From the NCBI RefSeq assembly GCF_009914755.1, contig NC_060935.1: a stretch of 64,000 bases of DNA; one strand, given 5' to 3'. The notes beneath the pieces are model-generated. The model ran no database searches. It was not told the origin of the DNA and worked only from the letters and a program-made list of their open reading frames with translations. The position numbers and the translations under genes were made by a program. Positions 1 to 54,104 of the stretch are shown here, in pieces. Position 1 is the stretch's first letter. The number at the start of each line of letters is the position of its first letter. This DNA is from the human T2T-CHM13v2.0 reference genome, Homo sapiens.

Positions 1-169
<169 letters not shown>

Positions 170-1014
170 TAAGTCTTGAAAACAGGTAGGGAAAGTCTTA
201 CAACTTTGTTTTTCTTAAAAATTAATATGGCTGTTCTAGGTCTTTTGTGTTTTCATATGAATTTTAGAATTAGCTTATCAGTTTCTACCAAAGAAGCCTA
301 CTGGAATTTTGCTTGTTATCTATAGATCAGTTTGGGATAAACTGACACCTGTTTGGTCTTTCAATCCATGAAAATGGTGTATCTCTCAATTTATTTAAGT
401 TTCTTTCACTTTAATTTAGAATGGTTTTTTTAGTTTTCAGTGTGTGGATTTTTCACACATATTAAATTTATCTTTTAACTATTTCATGTTTTTGTTGCCA
501 TTGTAAATAAAATTGCTTCCTTAATTTTGCTTTTAAATTGTTCCTCATTAATATGTAGAAGCAAATTAACTTTATATTGACCTTACTAAACTCACTTATT
601 ATTGTAATAGCTTTTAAATAGAATTTTAGCAAGACAATCATGTTGTCTGCCAATAAAGACAGACTGACATCTTCCTTTCCAGTTTGTATACCTTTTTTTC
701 CATTCTCTTGCCTTATTGCACTGCCTAGGACCTCCTATACAGAGCTGAATAGAAGTGGTGATAGTGTACACCATTGTCTCTTTCCCAATATGAGAGAGAT
801 TGTATTTCACCATTGAGTATAATGTTTGCTGCAGATTTCTTTTGTCAGTCCTTTATTAGATCAACAAAATTTCCTTCCATTCCTAGCTTGCTATGAGTTT
901 TAATCACGAGTAATGATAAATGTAAGCAAATGCTTTTTCTGCATCTGTTGGATAATCATATGCTTTTGTTACTTTAGTCAGCATGTGCTAAATGACATAA
1001 TTTTATATGTAACT

Positions 1015-3187
1015 TTTTTGTATTTTTTACTTGATAAATCATAGTTTTATTTGTGTTTTGGATACATGTGATATTTTGATGCATATATGTAATGTGTCAT
1101 GATCAATCAGTAATTGAAACATCAATTTACTTCAAACATTCATCTCTTCTTTGTCTTAGGAAACTTACAATTCTTCTCTTCTAGCTATTTTGAAATTTAC
1201 TATAAATCATTGTTACCTATAATTTTCCTATTGTACTATCAAACATTATAACTTATTTCTTCTACTAATTGTATTTTGTACCCATTACCCAGCTTCCCTT
1301 TAGCCTTCCCTCCCCACTTCTGCTTCCGTGGTAACCACCATTCTACTCTATCTCCATGAGATCCACTTTTTCATTTTTAGCTCCTGTGTAAGTGATAATA
1401 TGTGATATTTGTCTTTCTGTGCCTGGTTTATTTCACTTAACATAATGACCTTCAGTTTCATCCATGTTGAGGCAAATGACAAGATTTTATTTTTTATGGC
1501 TGAATAATATTCCATTGTGTATATATATACCACATTTTCTTTATTCATTCATCTGTTTATGGACACTTAGGCTGATGCTGTATCTTGGCTATTCTGCTGC
1601 AATAAATGTGGGAATGTAGATGTCTCTTCAATATACTGTTTTCCTTTCTTTGCGTTATATACTCAGCAGTAGGCCTGCTAGATCATATGGTAATTCTGTT
1701 TTTAGTTTTTTGAGAAACCGCCATACTGTTTGTCATAATGGTTTTACTACTTTATATTCCCACCAACAGTGTATAAGTAAATGTTCCCCTTTCTCCACAT
1801 CCTTGCCAGCATTTTTGATTTTTTGGTCTTTTTGATAATAGCCATTCTAACTGGGGTGAGATGATATCTCATTGTGGTTCGGATTTGCATTTCCCTGATG
1901 ATTAGTGATGCTGAGTATTTTTTCATACACTTGTTGGCCACTTGTATGTCTTCTTTTAATAAATATCTATTCAGGCCTTTTGCATTTTTTATTTGAATTA
2001 TTTGGTTTTTTGTACTGAGTTATTTGAGTTTCTTATATATTCTGGTTATTAATCCCTTTTCAGATGGATACTCTGCAAACATTCTCTCTCATTCTTTAGG
2101 TTGTGTCGTCATTTTGTTAATTGTTTCCTTTGCTGTACATAGGCTCTTTTGCTTGAATAATCTCAATAGCCTGTTTTTGCTTTTGTTAGCTGTGCTTTTG
2201 AGGTCCTTCCCAGAAAAATCTTTGCCCAGACCAATGTCCTATAGCGCTTCTCCAGTGTTTTTGTCTAGTAGCTTCATAGTTTCAGGCCTTAAATTCAAGT
2301 CTTTAATTCACTTTGAGTTTATTTTTGTGTATGGTGAACGATGGAATCTAGTTTCATTCTTCTGCACATGAATATTGAGTTTTCCCAGCACTATTTATTT
2401 AAGAAACTATCCATTCCCCAATGTATGTTCTTGGCACCTTTGTTAAAATGAGTTGACTGTAAGTGTGTGGACTTATTTCTGGGTTCTCTATTCTGTTCCA
2501 TTGGTCTATGTATCTGTTTTTATGCCAGTATCATGCTTTTGGTTACTATAGCTTTGTAATATAATTTGAAATCAAGGAATATGATGCCTCCAGGTTTGTT
2601 CTTTTTGCTCAGGAATACTTTAGCTATTTGGGGTCTTTCGTGGTTCTGTACAAATTTTAGGATTTTTTTTTTCTATTTCTGTGAAGAATGTCATTGGTAT
2701 TTTGATAGGGGTTGCATTGAATCTGTAGATGGCTTTGGGTAGTATAGACATTTTAACGATATTCTTCCATTTCATGAGGATGAGACTTCTTTCCATGTTT
2801 TGGGTGTCTTCTTCAATTTCTTTCATCATTGTTTTATAGTTTTTCTTGTAGAGATCTTTCACTTCTTTGGTTAAATTTATTCCTAGGGTTTTTTTTATTT
2901 GTTTGTAGCTATTATAAATGGGATTGCTTTCTTGATTTCTTTTTCAGAAAAGAATCTTGATTGATTGCTCTTAGTGTATAGAAATGCTACCAATTTTTAT
3001 ATATTGATTTTGTATCCTGCAAATTTACTAAGTTTATCAGTTCTGAAAGGGTTTTTGTGTGGAGTCTTTCAGTTTTTCTGAATACAAAATCATGTCATCT
3101 GCAAATAAGCATTATTTGACTCCTTCTTTTCCAGTTTGGATGCCACTTATTTCTTTTTCTCGCCTAACTGCTCTGGCTAGGACTATT
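1015..3187 (-). mobile_element. L1MA-type 3' portion nested in older L1
   Basis: ORF2 C-terminal peptides on - strand ([31 protein letters not shown]) plus L1MA-like 3' UTR. Confidence 0.82.
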
Positions 3188-3246
3188 TAGATATTTGAAT
3201 GTTAAATCATTATTGTGTTCCTGAAATAAACCCAGCTTGGTCATAA

Positions 3247-3682
<436 letters not shown>

Positions 3683-4489
3683 AATTTTTCTTTATATCTT
3701 TATCAGGTTTTGGTATTAAGCTTACGCTAGTCTCATAACACAACTTGAGAGTGTCCTTTTTCTGTTCTCTGGAAGAGCTTTTTGTTTTAATATTGGTGAC
3801 ATTTTTATTAAACATTGGGAAACAAATGAAGTCATATAACCTAGAACTGTTTTTGTGGAACGTTTTTTAATTATAAATTTAGTCCCTTTAATAGAGAACT
3901 AATCACATTTTCTATTTCTTCTTGTGTTTGTTTTGGCAAATTGTGTTTCCAATGAATTTATTCAACCTATGTTTTTTAATTTATTATAATAGTTTATATA
4001 AAAACAAATTTTTAAAATTATTATTATATAATAGTTCATATAATAACTTCCTTTAATAATACTCTATGGGACTTCTCATCCCTAATATTGGTAATTTTTG
4101 TTTTCTGCCCATTTTTTGCTTAATCATTCTTAATTTTGTATTTTTAGAGTCAAATTTTCGCTTTGTTGATTTTCAATTTTATTTCTGCTTTATCTTTATT
4201 GTCTTTCATAATCTGTTCTTATCTTGATTATTTGCTTCCTCTTACATTCTTTAGGTTCAATTGTGGTTCTTTTTCTAGCTTCTTGAAATGGATCGTAGAA
4301 CAACATTTCTCAACTTTTTTTTTTTTTGCATGATGTGCGTTTTATGTAAGGCTCTAAATTTCTCTCTAATTACTACTTTAACTGCATCCCAGTCATTCTG
4401 TTATGACACACTTTTATCATCAGTCAGTTTAAATTTATTTATATTTTTTCTTCGATCCACAGCGTGTTTAGAAAAATATTACTTAATTT

Positions 4490-5408
<919 letters not shown>

Positions 5409-6439
5409 ATTTCTACATGATTGTATTGATTTCTAGCTTAATTCCACTGTTATCCAAAGACATACTGTGTGTGACTTAAGTCCTTTGAGATTTGTTGATA
5501 CTTGCTTTATAGCTTGACATATCATCAATTTAATAAATGTTTCTTATGTACTTCAAATAATTTATATATGTGTATATGTACATAGATATTAATATACTCT
5601 AGTTATTGGATGTGATATTCTATATATGCTTATCAATTAGGTCAAATTTATTAATAGTGTTTAGTTGTATCTTCTATATCCTTGCTGATTTTTTTTTATT
5701 TTGTCTGGTTTTTCTGTCACTTGCTAAGAGAGCTTTGTTTAAAATGTCTAACAATGGTTGAGGGGTTTGACTATTTCTCTTTCTAGTTAAGTAAGTTTTT
5801 GCTTTATATAGTTTGAGGCTATGCTGTTAGGTATGTACACATTTCTGATTGTTATAGTATACTTTTGAATTGATGCTTTGATAATCACTAAATGTCCCTG
5901 ATTTTTGTTGTATTTCTGGCCTTAATGTCTTGGTCTGATTTTTTTTTTTTTTTTTTTTTTTTGATAGCTATACAAACTTTCTTTTGGTTTGTTTTTCACA
6001 TGATATCCCGTTTTCCTTCTTTTACTTTAATGTTACTGTATTATTATATTTAAAGTGTCTGTCCTATAAGCAACCTATAGTTTGGGTTTCTGAAAATCCA
6101 ATTTGATGGTCTCTTTTATTTTGAATATTTAGTCTACTTACAGTTAACATAATTACTGATATATTTGGGTTTAAATCTATCCGTTTACTGTTTGTTTTTC
6201 ATTTGTCTCATCTGACTTGTTCATTTTTTCTCTTTTCTTGCTTTATTTTTAATTAATCCGGAATTTAAAAATTCAATTTCTTCTTTTACTTATTATTTAT
6301 GTAATACATAGTATGTAGTGCTTGTCATTATGTATAGTTTGTTCATTATTATTTTGGCTGTTACCCAAGAGACTATAATGTTAATTGATAACTAAAATGA
6401 ATCTATATTAAATTAATTCTCTTATCTCCTTCTGGATAA

Positions 6440-6770
<331 letters not shown>

Positions 6771-7400
6771 AGAAAACTTTAAACTCCATTTATCTTCTTT
6801 CAACTTTTGTGTGATTGCTGTCATATATTTTAAATCAATACATATTTTAAACCCATAGATATTATAATTATGGTTTGAAACAGTCCTGAATGTGCATGGA
6901 TTCATGCACATTTTCTGTTTTAGTGGTTCTTCATCTTTTTCTGCATCACGATACTTTCATCTTAGATTGGTTTTCTTCTGCCTGGAGAACTGTCTGTGGC
7001 ATTCCTTTTAGTGTGAGTCTGCTGAGGATAATTCTGCCAGGTTTTGTTTGAAAACGTTTCACTTTTGCCTTTGTTTTTAAAGGATATTTCTTTAGAATAT
7101 AGACTACAAGTTGACAGTAGGCACTGTCTTTCATCATTTAATGATATCATGCCATTGTTCATAGCTTCCATTGTTTCTCTTCAAAGTCAATTGTCAGTCT
7201 TATTTTTACTTCTTTGAAATTAATACATATTTGTTAGCTTCTTACAGTATGCTTAAATCATTGATTTTAAACCTTTCTTCTGTTCTAATATAAACAAGGT
7301 AAAGCCATACATTTCCCTCTGGGCACTGCTTTAGCTGAATCTTACAAATTCTAATATGTTGTGTTTTCATTCCATTCAAATTGCTTTTAATTTTCTTTGT

Positions 7401-7437
7401 AGTCTGGGTGACAGAGTGAGACTCTGTCTCAAAAATA
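7401..7437 (+). mobile_element. Severely 5'-truncated Alu (3' tip)
   Basis: agtctgggtgacagagtgagactctgtctcaaaaata between ~20-bp direct repeats. Confidence 0.75.
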
Positions 7438-9495
7438 CATTGTTTTAATTTTCTTTGTGATTTCTTTTTTTGACCTATGGGTTATTTAAAAGTGTATTAT
7501 TTAATTCTCAAATATTTTGTGGATATTCCAGAGTATCTTTCCGTTATTAATTTCTAATTTCTACTTTAATTCTCCTGTGGTCAGAGAACATGGTTTTCAT
7601 TATTTCAATCTCCTTAGAACTTTATCAAGATTGTTTTAAAGCCAAGGATATCGTCTAACTTAGGAAATGTTTCCTGTGCGCTTTCAAATAATCTGTTGCT
7701 GTTTGGTGAAGTGTTCTATGATGTGAAATAGGTCAAGTTGTTTAATAGCGTGTACAAGTCGCATACTCTTACTTTTGTGTACTTATTCTATCAATTTCCA
7801 AGAGAAAAGGGTTAATACCCCTTAGCTATAATTTTTGAATTATCTATTTTTCTTTTCAGTTTGGTCAATTTTTGCTTCATGTATTTTGGAGCTCTGTAAT
7901 TAATTAATATTTAATTAATCAAGCACGTCTGTATTTTGTTTCTTTAATTTAATCAAGTGTGCACATATTTAAAATTGTTTCATTTTCTTGATAGGTTTAC
8001 CTTTTATTATGGAATGTCCCTCTTTATCTTTGTTAATATTCCTGGTCCACAAATTACTTTGATACAGCCACATGATCTTTCTTATTGATTAGAGTTATCA
8101 CACTCTAGTTTTTCTAAATTTTTACTTTTAATTTCTCTTTATATTTAAAATGAATTTATTATAGACAATATATAGCAGGTTCTTGCTTTTTTAAAATCCA
8201 GTCTGACAATATCTTCTTTTTAATTGCAATGCTTTGACTGTATATATTTAGTGAAAATGTTGACAGTAATTGTTTCAATACATTAACATGAGATATCTTT
8301 TGATTTCTTTGTGTCTTCAATTTCTTTTATTAATGTTTTATGATTTTCAATGTATAGGTCTTTCACCTCCTTGGTTAAATTTATTCCTAGGTGGTTTTTT
8401 TTTTTGAAGTTATTATAAATGAGATTTTTTTCATTCTTTTTCAGATAGTTTGTTGTTCATGTATAGAAATGCTCCTAATTTTCCTATGTTAATTTTGTGT
8501 ACTGCAACTTTACTGATTTATTATAATAGTTTTTTTTGGTGGAGTTCTTGAGCACATTTATAATAGCTATTTCAAAATTCTCATCTGCTAATTCCCTCAT
8601 ATGTGTCATTTCTGGGTCTGCTTTTATTGACAAATTTTTCTCTTGATTATCAGACTTGTCCTGCTTTTTTACATATCTAGTAATTGTTCACCAGCTGCCA
8701 GACTCTGAATGTTACATTGTAGCATGTCTATGTTTTGTTTCTTTAATTAAGGAATTAAATAGGCAGTAAAGAATATTTGGCAGGCAGAAGTAGGGTAACT
8801 TGCAGATCACTTGTTTTCCTTTGAAGGCTTGCTTTTAAGCTTTTTTCAGGTGAATCTATAATAACCTTTACTCTAGGGCTAATTCATTCCCCGTGATTTT
8901 TCTGTGGTCTCTATCAATGCCTTAAATTTTTGTTCTACCCTGGCTAGGTAGAACTTGAACATCTCTCAGTCCTAAAGAAGCTTTCAAGATTGTTTAGGCT
9001 ACAACTTTCCAGCAGCTATTTGCCCAACCTCATAGAGTTTCTCTTTATGTATCTATAGTTTACTATAAGCAATAGACTCAAGGGGATTTCTATGCTTAGG
9101 TGTGAATTTCTTCTTTTCATAGCTCCCTCTTCTCCAATACTCTGCCCCACGTATTCCAGCTGTCTCAGCCTGCCCAAACTTTCATCTATCTTTTCAACTC
9201 AATGAATCTGTTATGCTTTATTTAGTTTCTTCTTACCTGTACTGTGATCTGGAAAGACCCTCTAGGCAGAAAGTTACTGTGATTGTAGGACTTTCCTCAT
9301 TTGCTTCTGTTCTTGCCTTTATCACAGTTCTGCACTGCCTGCTGTCCAGTGCCTGAAAATAGATGCTTCATGTATTTTTTCTTAATTTTCAGTGCTTTGT
9401 GTTGGGAGATGAATTCCAGAATCAGTCATTCTAACACAGCCAGAGTGGAACAATGCTGCAAAGTCTTTAAGATTTTACAAATGAAAAGTGTACTA

Positions 9496-9790
9496 GGCCA
9501 GGTGCAGTGGCTCACACCTATAATCCCAGCACTTTGGGAGGCCGAGGCAAGTTGATTACCTGAGATCAGGAGTCGAAACCAGCCTGGCCAACATGGCGAA
9601 ACCCCATCTCTGTTAAAAATACAAAAATTAGCAGGGCATGTTGGTGGGCACCTGTAATCCCAGCTACTCAGGAGGCTGAGGCAGGAGAATCACTTGAACC
9701 CGGGAGGCGGAGGTTGCGGTGAGCCCAGATCATGCCACTACACTCCAGCCTGAGTGACAGAGCAAGACTCCGTCTCAAAAAAAAAAAAAA
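9496..9790 (+). mobile_element. AluS
   Basis: Full dimer with poly(A); partial TSD gtacta. Confidence 0.93.
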
Positions 9791-10094
9791 GTACTAGAAT
9801 GGTTGGTTCTGTAATGGAGAGAGTAACAAGAAAAAGACTCAGTGGCAACTATATAACTTCTTTCTTGCCGGAAGTGTAAGAAATGCCTTATCTTTGGAAG
9901 CATTTTCTCCTCAATTTCAAAAGAAATTTCAATGGAAATATTTATTTTTTGAAAGTTAAAAGAAGTTTCAACTTAAGTTTATGTTTCTTCCATAAACAAA
10001 GGCTAAATAGGCAGTTTTCTAATGTTGCAGTATTGTTATTTTAGATCAGTGATGATGATCACGTGGTTCCTGCTGCTCTTGCTGCTACCAACAA

Positions 10095-10360
10095 TAAGAA
10101 CATTTACTCAGGCACCGCTAATATACCGGCATTGCGCTAGGCACTTTACACTGATTATCTCCACCCTTCCACAACAATTCTGCAAGTTAGAAATCATGAT
10201 CCTGAGAAACTCAAGGAGGTAAAATTATTTCCTCAAGGTCATATGCTAAGAAGTGAACACTCAGTGACTGAATTACTCAGTGGTCATTTAGTGGCTAGAA
10301 GTGGGAAACAATCTCAGCTCATCAGTAACAATGCTTCCTCCCATTATTATACTGCTCTCT
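10095..10360 (-). mobile_element. MIR
   Basis: Degenerate MIR core (gaaactcaaggaggtaaaattatttcctcaaggtcat). Confidence 0.65.
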
Positions 10361-11682
10361 GATTCTATCTTTACCTGAGCTTTCCATCTGGCAAATTAAA
10401 CCAGAAAACAGGGATGTTTTGCATTATTTTGCTTTGAATAACAACATATGTAAATGTGCTCCTGGAGGCTAAAGCACCCTTATTTTGTCAAACTTGGCCT
10501 CTCTCACTAGGGTGAATAGTTGAAAATTTTAAGGAGGAAAAGGCAGGCTGGAGAGAATGTTAGTTGACGTGGAGGTGCTTCTCCTTTCCCCCGACCCAAC
10601 ACCTATTTCTATTCAGACATAAGCAGCCACAGCAAAATAAAGATTAGTAAATTTCGTATCGTGGAGTCCTAGCTGGTCCTGATATTCAGTAATCAGAGTG
10701 GGTTAATCCAGCTATTACTCATTAACTCTGCATCATGTTGATGTGTAGGGGCAGATGTTCTTGCTGAGAAGAATAAAAGCCTCCTGTGGCACCTGGAAGA
10801 CCTTATCACACATGGTCCCCGGCCAGATCACAGAGCGATTCTAGTTAACGTGGGCACTTTGCTGCCTCTAACCATCTACCTCTTGTTCAGAGACTGGCAT
10901 ATCTCCTCGAATTCGGCTCTCCCTTGGGCCCTGTGTTGTTGAGCCATCCCTATCTTAAACTGCCTTTCCTGGCATTTGAATCACCACTTCGATGATGTGA
11001 TAACATCTGCAAGTTGGGAAAATAAAAATGGCATTTGTTTAGCCATAATTAATGAAATATTTATGTTGCATGAGACTATGTGATAAAACCTTAGGCTTAG
11101 AGTCCTTTTGCTTCTGATTACATTTGGGATTTTTTTTTTCTATGACCAGACATTCTGACGCCAGCTCTTTTACACTGAGCAGATGTCATGTAGTAAAAAT
11201 GGGTGCCAGATGCTGTGAGCCGCAGAAGGGCGATTTGTTTAAGAGCTGGCTCCAACTTTTTTGCATTCAATTACTCTGCAGAACGAACCTTACACAAGCA
11301 TTTAGGTAACTCAACTAACTTCAGACATGCATTTTAATAATAGATTTTATCTCTGAATGCATTCTGAGCAACACACCATATAAATGGTGTTTAAGGAATT
11401 AATTGATTTCTGCATAATACCTTGGTTTTTTCTTTTTTTTTTTTTTAATGTGAAAAGAGAGCTGCAAAGCTCTTGGCAGGGACCCAGAAATGTAATTAAC
11501 GTGGAGGGCCAAATTTTCAGTTGCCCTTAGGTACTGTTGCCTCATGCTCACGGCAGGTGCAGTGAGGGGAGGGCAGGGAGGAAGGGAATGAGAGTAAGTG
11601 GGGGAGGAGGAAGCAGCAGCTTTGGTTCATAAAGCAGGAAATGAAGCTAGCAGTTCATTGAGTTTTTCTGTTCCCATTTCAG

Positions 11683-50474
<38,792 letters not shown>

Positions 50475-51158
50475 GGAGGCCCGTAGTCCCTCTCCCTGGC
50501 TGCACGTTGGGACCGGATCAGGCCAAGTGCACCACACACCCTCATGGGTCTTTCTGCAGGATTTATCATCCCTGGAACTTAAGTTATACCTTACTGCATT
50601 TTTTAAAATTAAAATTCTCTTGCACGCATGGCAGCTTCCCAAGGTTCTTCCAGAGATTCAAATGAAGAAAACCCAAAGACTCTTTGGCAATTGGCAGTCA
50701 ACTTCAGCCAGGCTCTCAGACTGGAGGTGTTGTTGGCAGATGACCAGCATTGTTTTCCCTAGAAAGTGACACAAAGACTTGACTTTCCTGCTACTTTTAT
50801 CATTTTCCTTCCCAATTCATTGAGTTACATACTTTAAGATTTTTGAGAAGCTGCCTTTTCATTAATATATCCATATTTGCCTTTTTTGTATGGATGACCA
50901 GTTTCCAAATGTCAGAAAGAAGCAGCCGCAGTTTAAAGATTAGGTTAATATTTAAATTGTGTTTCCAGAGAAAGAGGAGAAACCTTGAGATTACTGATTA
51001 CATAAAGCAAATAACTCATATAGCAGGTGTTAATTCAATCCAGGGTGAATTTAATTTACCAGGTGCATTTATAAGCCTTAATATAATATACATAAGCAAT
51101 GAGAGCTTAATAGAACATTTGAGCCTTAATTTTATTTTAAGAAGAAAAGAAAAAAGGA

Positions 51159-51164
51159 AATAAA
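51159..51164 (+). terminator. Proximal polyadenylation signal AATAAA
   Basis: Canonical hexamer about 690 nt after the stop; downstream GT-rich gggattgttagtgtt. Confidence 0.55.
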
Positions 51165-54098
51165 ACTTTAACTTTATGCCAGTGGGATTGTTAGTGTTCA
51201 CCAAACACTGCTGGCTTAGAAAAGCTTTTCGTCCCCGTGCTATGCTTTTTATGGACCCTGGAAAATAATGAAAAGCATTTTCAGAAAATGAATGATTTTA
51301 AAGTACTTTTTAAATAAGTGTTGATGATGGCAAAAAAAAAAAAAAGAGGGGAACTTCTTTTATTTGTTGATAAAATATTGGTGAGGTTGGTGCTGCTACT
51401 GAAACTGAACACACTAGGGTACAAGAGAAGGAATGCTTCTCGCTGGTGGTCTTCTTAGACTCAAAGAGAGAAGTATCTCTCCCTCTCCCCAGGAACTCTA
51501 CAGAGCAAGGACAAAACCACTTCTGACTTAGAGGGAGGGCTGAATGCAGTGACCCTATTTACCAAATCCCAAACTGGGTCATGAATTTTTTTAATGACAT
51601 TTCAGTTTGAAAAGAAAGCTGGAAGATGGAGTTTGTGTGCTGACATGTTGGAATTCCTGGGGCATTATGAGGGTTCCCATGGGGGCCAAAGAAGAGAAGA
51701 TTTAATATGGTGATGTGTTGTCATAAAACATTTGATTGTTTTTGCTCGGATTCTTTGAAGATTTAGTCTATTATCGATAAGAGAAACACTAAAGAACTCT
51801 TGGTTGTGTATTTGGCCGCTCTCATTTCGGCAAGTGTTTAAATGTGTCATTAGACAAAAGGTGCTCTGCAACAGTTGGCTCTGACTGGAGACCAAATTTC
51901 TCTCAAATCAATCCATAAACCACTTCTGTCAGAGACGCTCTCTGCACGCACCAATCTGGCCAGCTCACAAGCCAGAAATTAGATGTATAACTGGATTTCC
52001 TCTGAGTCAGCCAATGCTTTGGGTTACATTTAAGCACAATCTTTCTATGTTATAGCAAGTTCCAAAGGTTGCAGTTCTTTTTCCTTTTCTTTCCTTCCTT
52101 CCTTTTTTTTAAAAAAAAAAAAAAAATAAGAATCAGGTCTTCCAGGGCCTGAATTCTATTATTAGGCAATATGAGGAGGCACCTACCTACCTATGAAAAC
52201 TGTACCACTTCTGGATATTTATCTATTTTTATTTATTTGTGTATTGGTGAGAATTGATAATATCATTTCCTCATAATTCAGGTTTTCAGGTGTTATAATT
52301 TGGAGAAGACCTATTAGCACTAAGAAATTGGTACATAAGCTATTTAATATACAAATAACCCAGATGTTTGGGGCAGTGAGTTGTATAGTATTAAAGATTT
52401 CAGCTATCAGGCATTTAGAGGTAAGATTATGGATGCACAAGAATATCAACTCATTATAAGAAAAAGATTTATAACTTCAGTTTTCATTCTAGAATATGCA
52501 GCAATATTCAGTCCCCAATCTTTTCTGTCAGTTGCATAAAAGTGCATCCTTTGATGCCTGCATACACTTAACAGATGATGTTCAAGCGTGTCATGTTTGA
52601 GTTGTTATTGTGCAAAAGAATTAATTGCCACTTATTTTAATTTGTTATATTTCCATCCTAAAGGATGAATCTCCCAAGAGGGCCAAGAGAGAAGGTGGTT
52701 TGGCCCCTAGTATTCTGTTAATAGATGAGAGAAGCAATTTGTTCACTTGCTTTCACAGGCTGTGCTCTGTGGTTTATGGCTCAGTTTTATCTGGCCAAGT
52801 TAAAACGTAAACTTCATCCTTAACAGTTTTCTATATACACTGGCCTTTCTGTTTCACTAGTACATAAAAACCATTTCAACATTTCCAATGGACACAAATA
52901 TTGTGTCTGTTGAACTATCTAAAATGATTCCATTCCTTATTTACAAGAGAGAGCATTCTAAGACTCTCAAAATGTAAAATACTATACATTTTGAAGACAG
53001 TTTCTTTGTATGCAATATGAGTAGGATTATGATGAAAACACACAGAGTCTGCAGTGCCCCATAAAAGGGCACTAGTGAATGTGATCAAGGCCAAACTATA
53101 TAGGACTCTGAATGGGACAGAAAGCCCAGCCTCAGGTCATATTTCACAGTCAGTCTCACACAGCTTCTAAGTTAAATCAAAGTGTTTATGATAGTTATAA
53201 GGTCAGAATTGTACCTAAGTTGGGCCAAGAGGACATTTCTTAAGCTTGCTCTCCCAAACCATTGATTTATTGGTCTATTTATTTAACATCCTCTGAATGC
53301 CCATGGGGTTCTGCAGCCCTGTGCCAGATGCTGAGATACAGAAAGAATATTAGTCCTTAACTCCACCTCCAAATAAATACAAAGATCAAGAAATAGGTAC
53401 CATCCCCAAATACAAAGATGAAAAGCTATTTTTATTATAAGCATCAACCTATTCTACTCACGTTTATCTCAAGCATAAAGAATATCCCCCACTATCACAG
53501 GGCTTCTTGGGCAATAAAAATAAGTTTGTATTTCTAAAACTGTGAAAAATCATCTCAGGTTGTACTGTTCATTTAAACCTTGACTTTGGCAGTGTTAGGC
53601 TGCTTGGAATCAATCAATGCCAAGATGCACCATGTTAATTGCAACCGAGAAAGGAAGTGGCAGGTGTTTCCAACCCTGATGAGCTGCAATGAAATTGATG
53701 TTTTCTGCATTCTGGAGGCAAATGACAATTCAGCAGTGTCTCTCTTCCCAGGAAGCAGATTTACAGGCTTTTCCTTCCAAACTGAAAATGGCAGCATGCC
53801 CCACCCAGGTGGCTGATCAGAGAACTACCTCAGCAGGGCAGAGGTGGCAGGGGGCAGCCGGGGCCGCCACATGAACAGAGAGGGGCAGTCATTGGATGTG
53901 GTGAGCTCAAATGTAGGAGTTTATTGTAATAAGAAAGTTCACATACAGGGGAAAGTGTACGATTTCATCTACTGTTTATCTTCTAACCTCACTGCTCAGT
54001 AGCTTGTAAAAGATTAATTTGCTCCAACAATTGGGAACTATTCATGTGGATGGAAATGTGTTATTTGTGCACTGCTATAGATACTGAAATGAACCAAA

Positions 54099-54104
54099 AA
54101 TAAA
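54099..54104 (+). terminator. Distal polyadenylation signal AATAAA
   Basis: Canonical hexamer, several upstream TGTA motifs, downstream T/GT-rich sequence. Confidence 0.6.
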
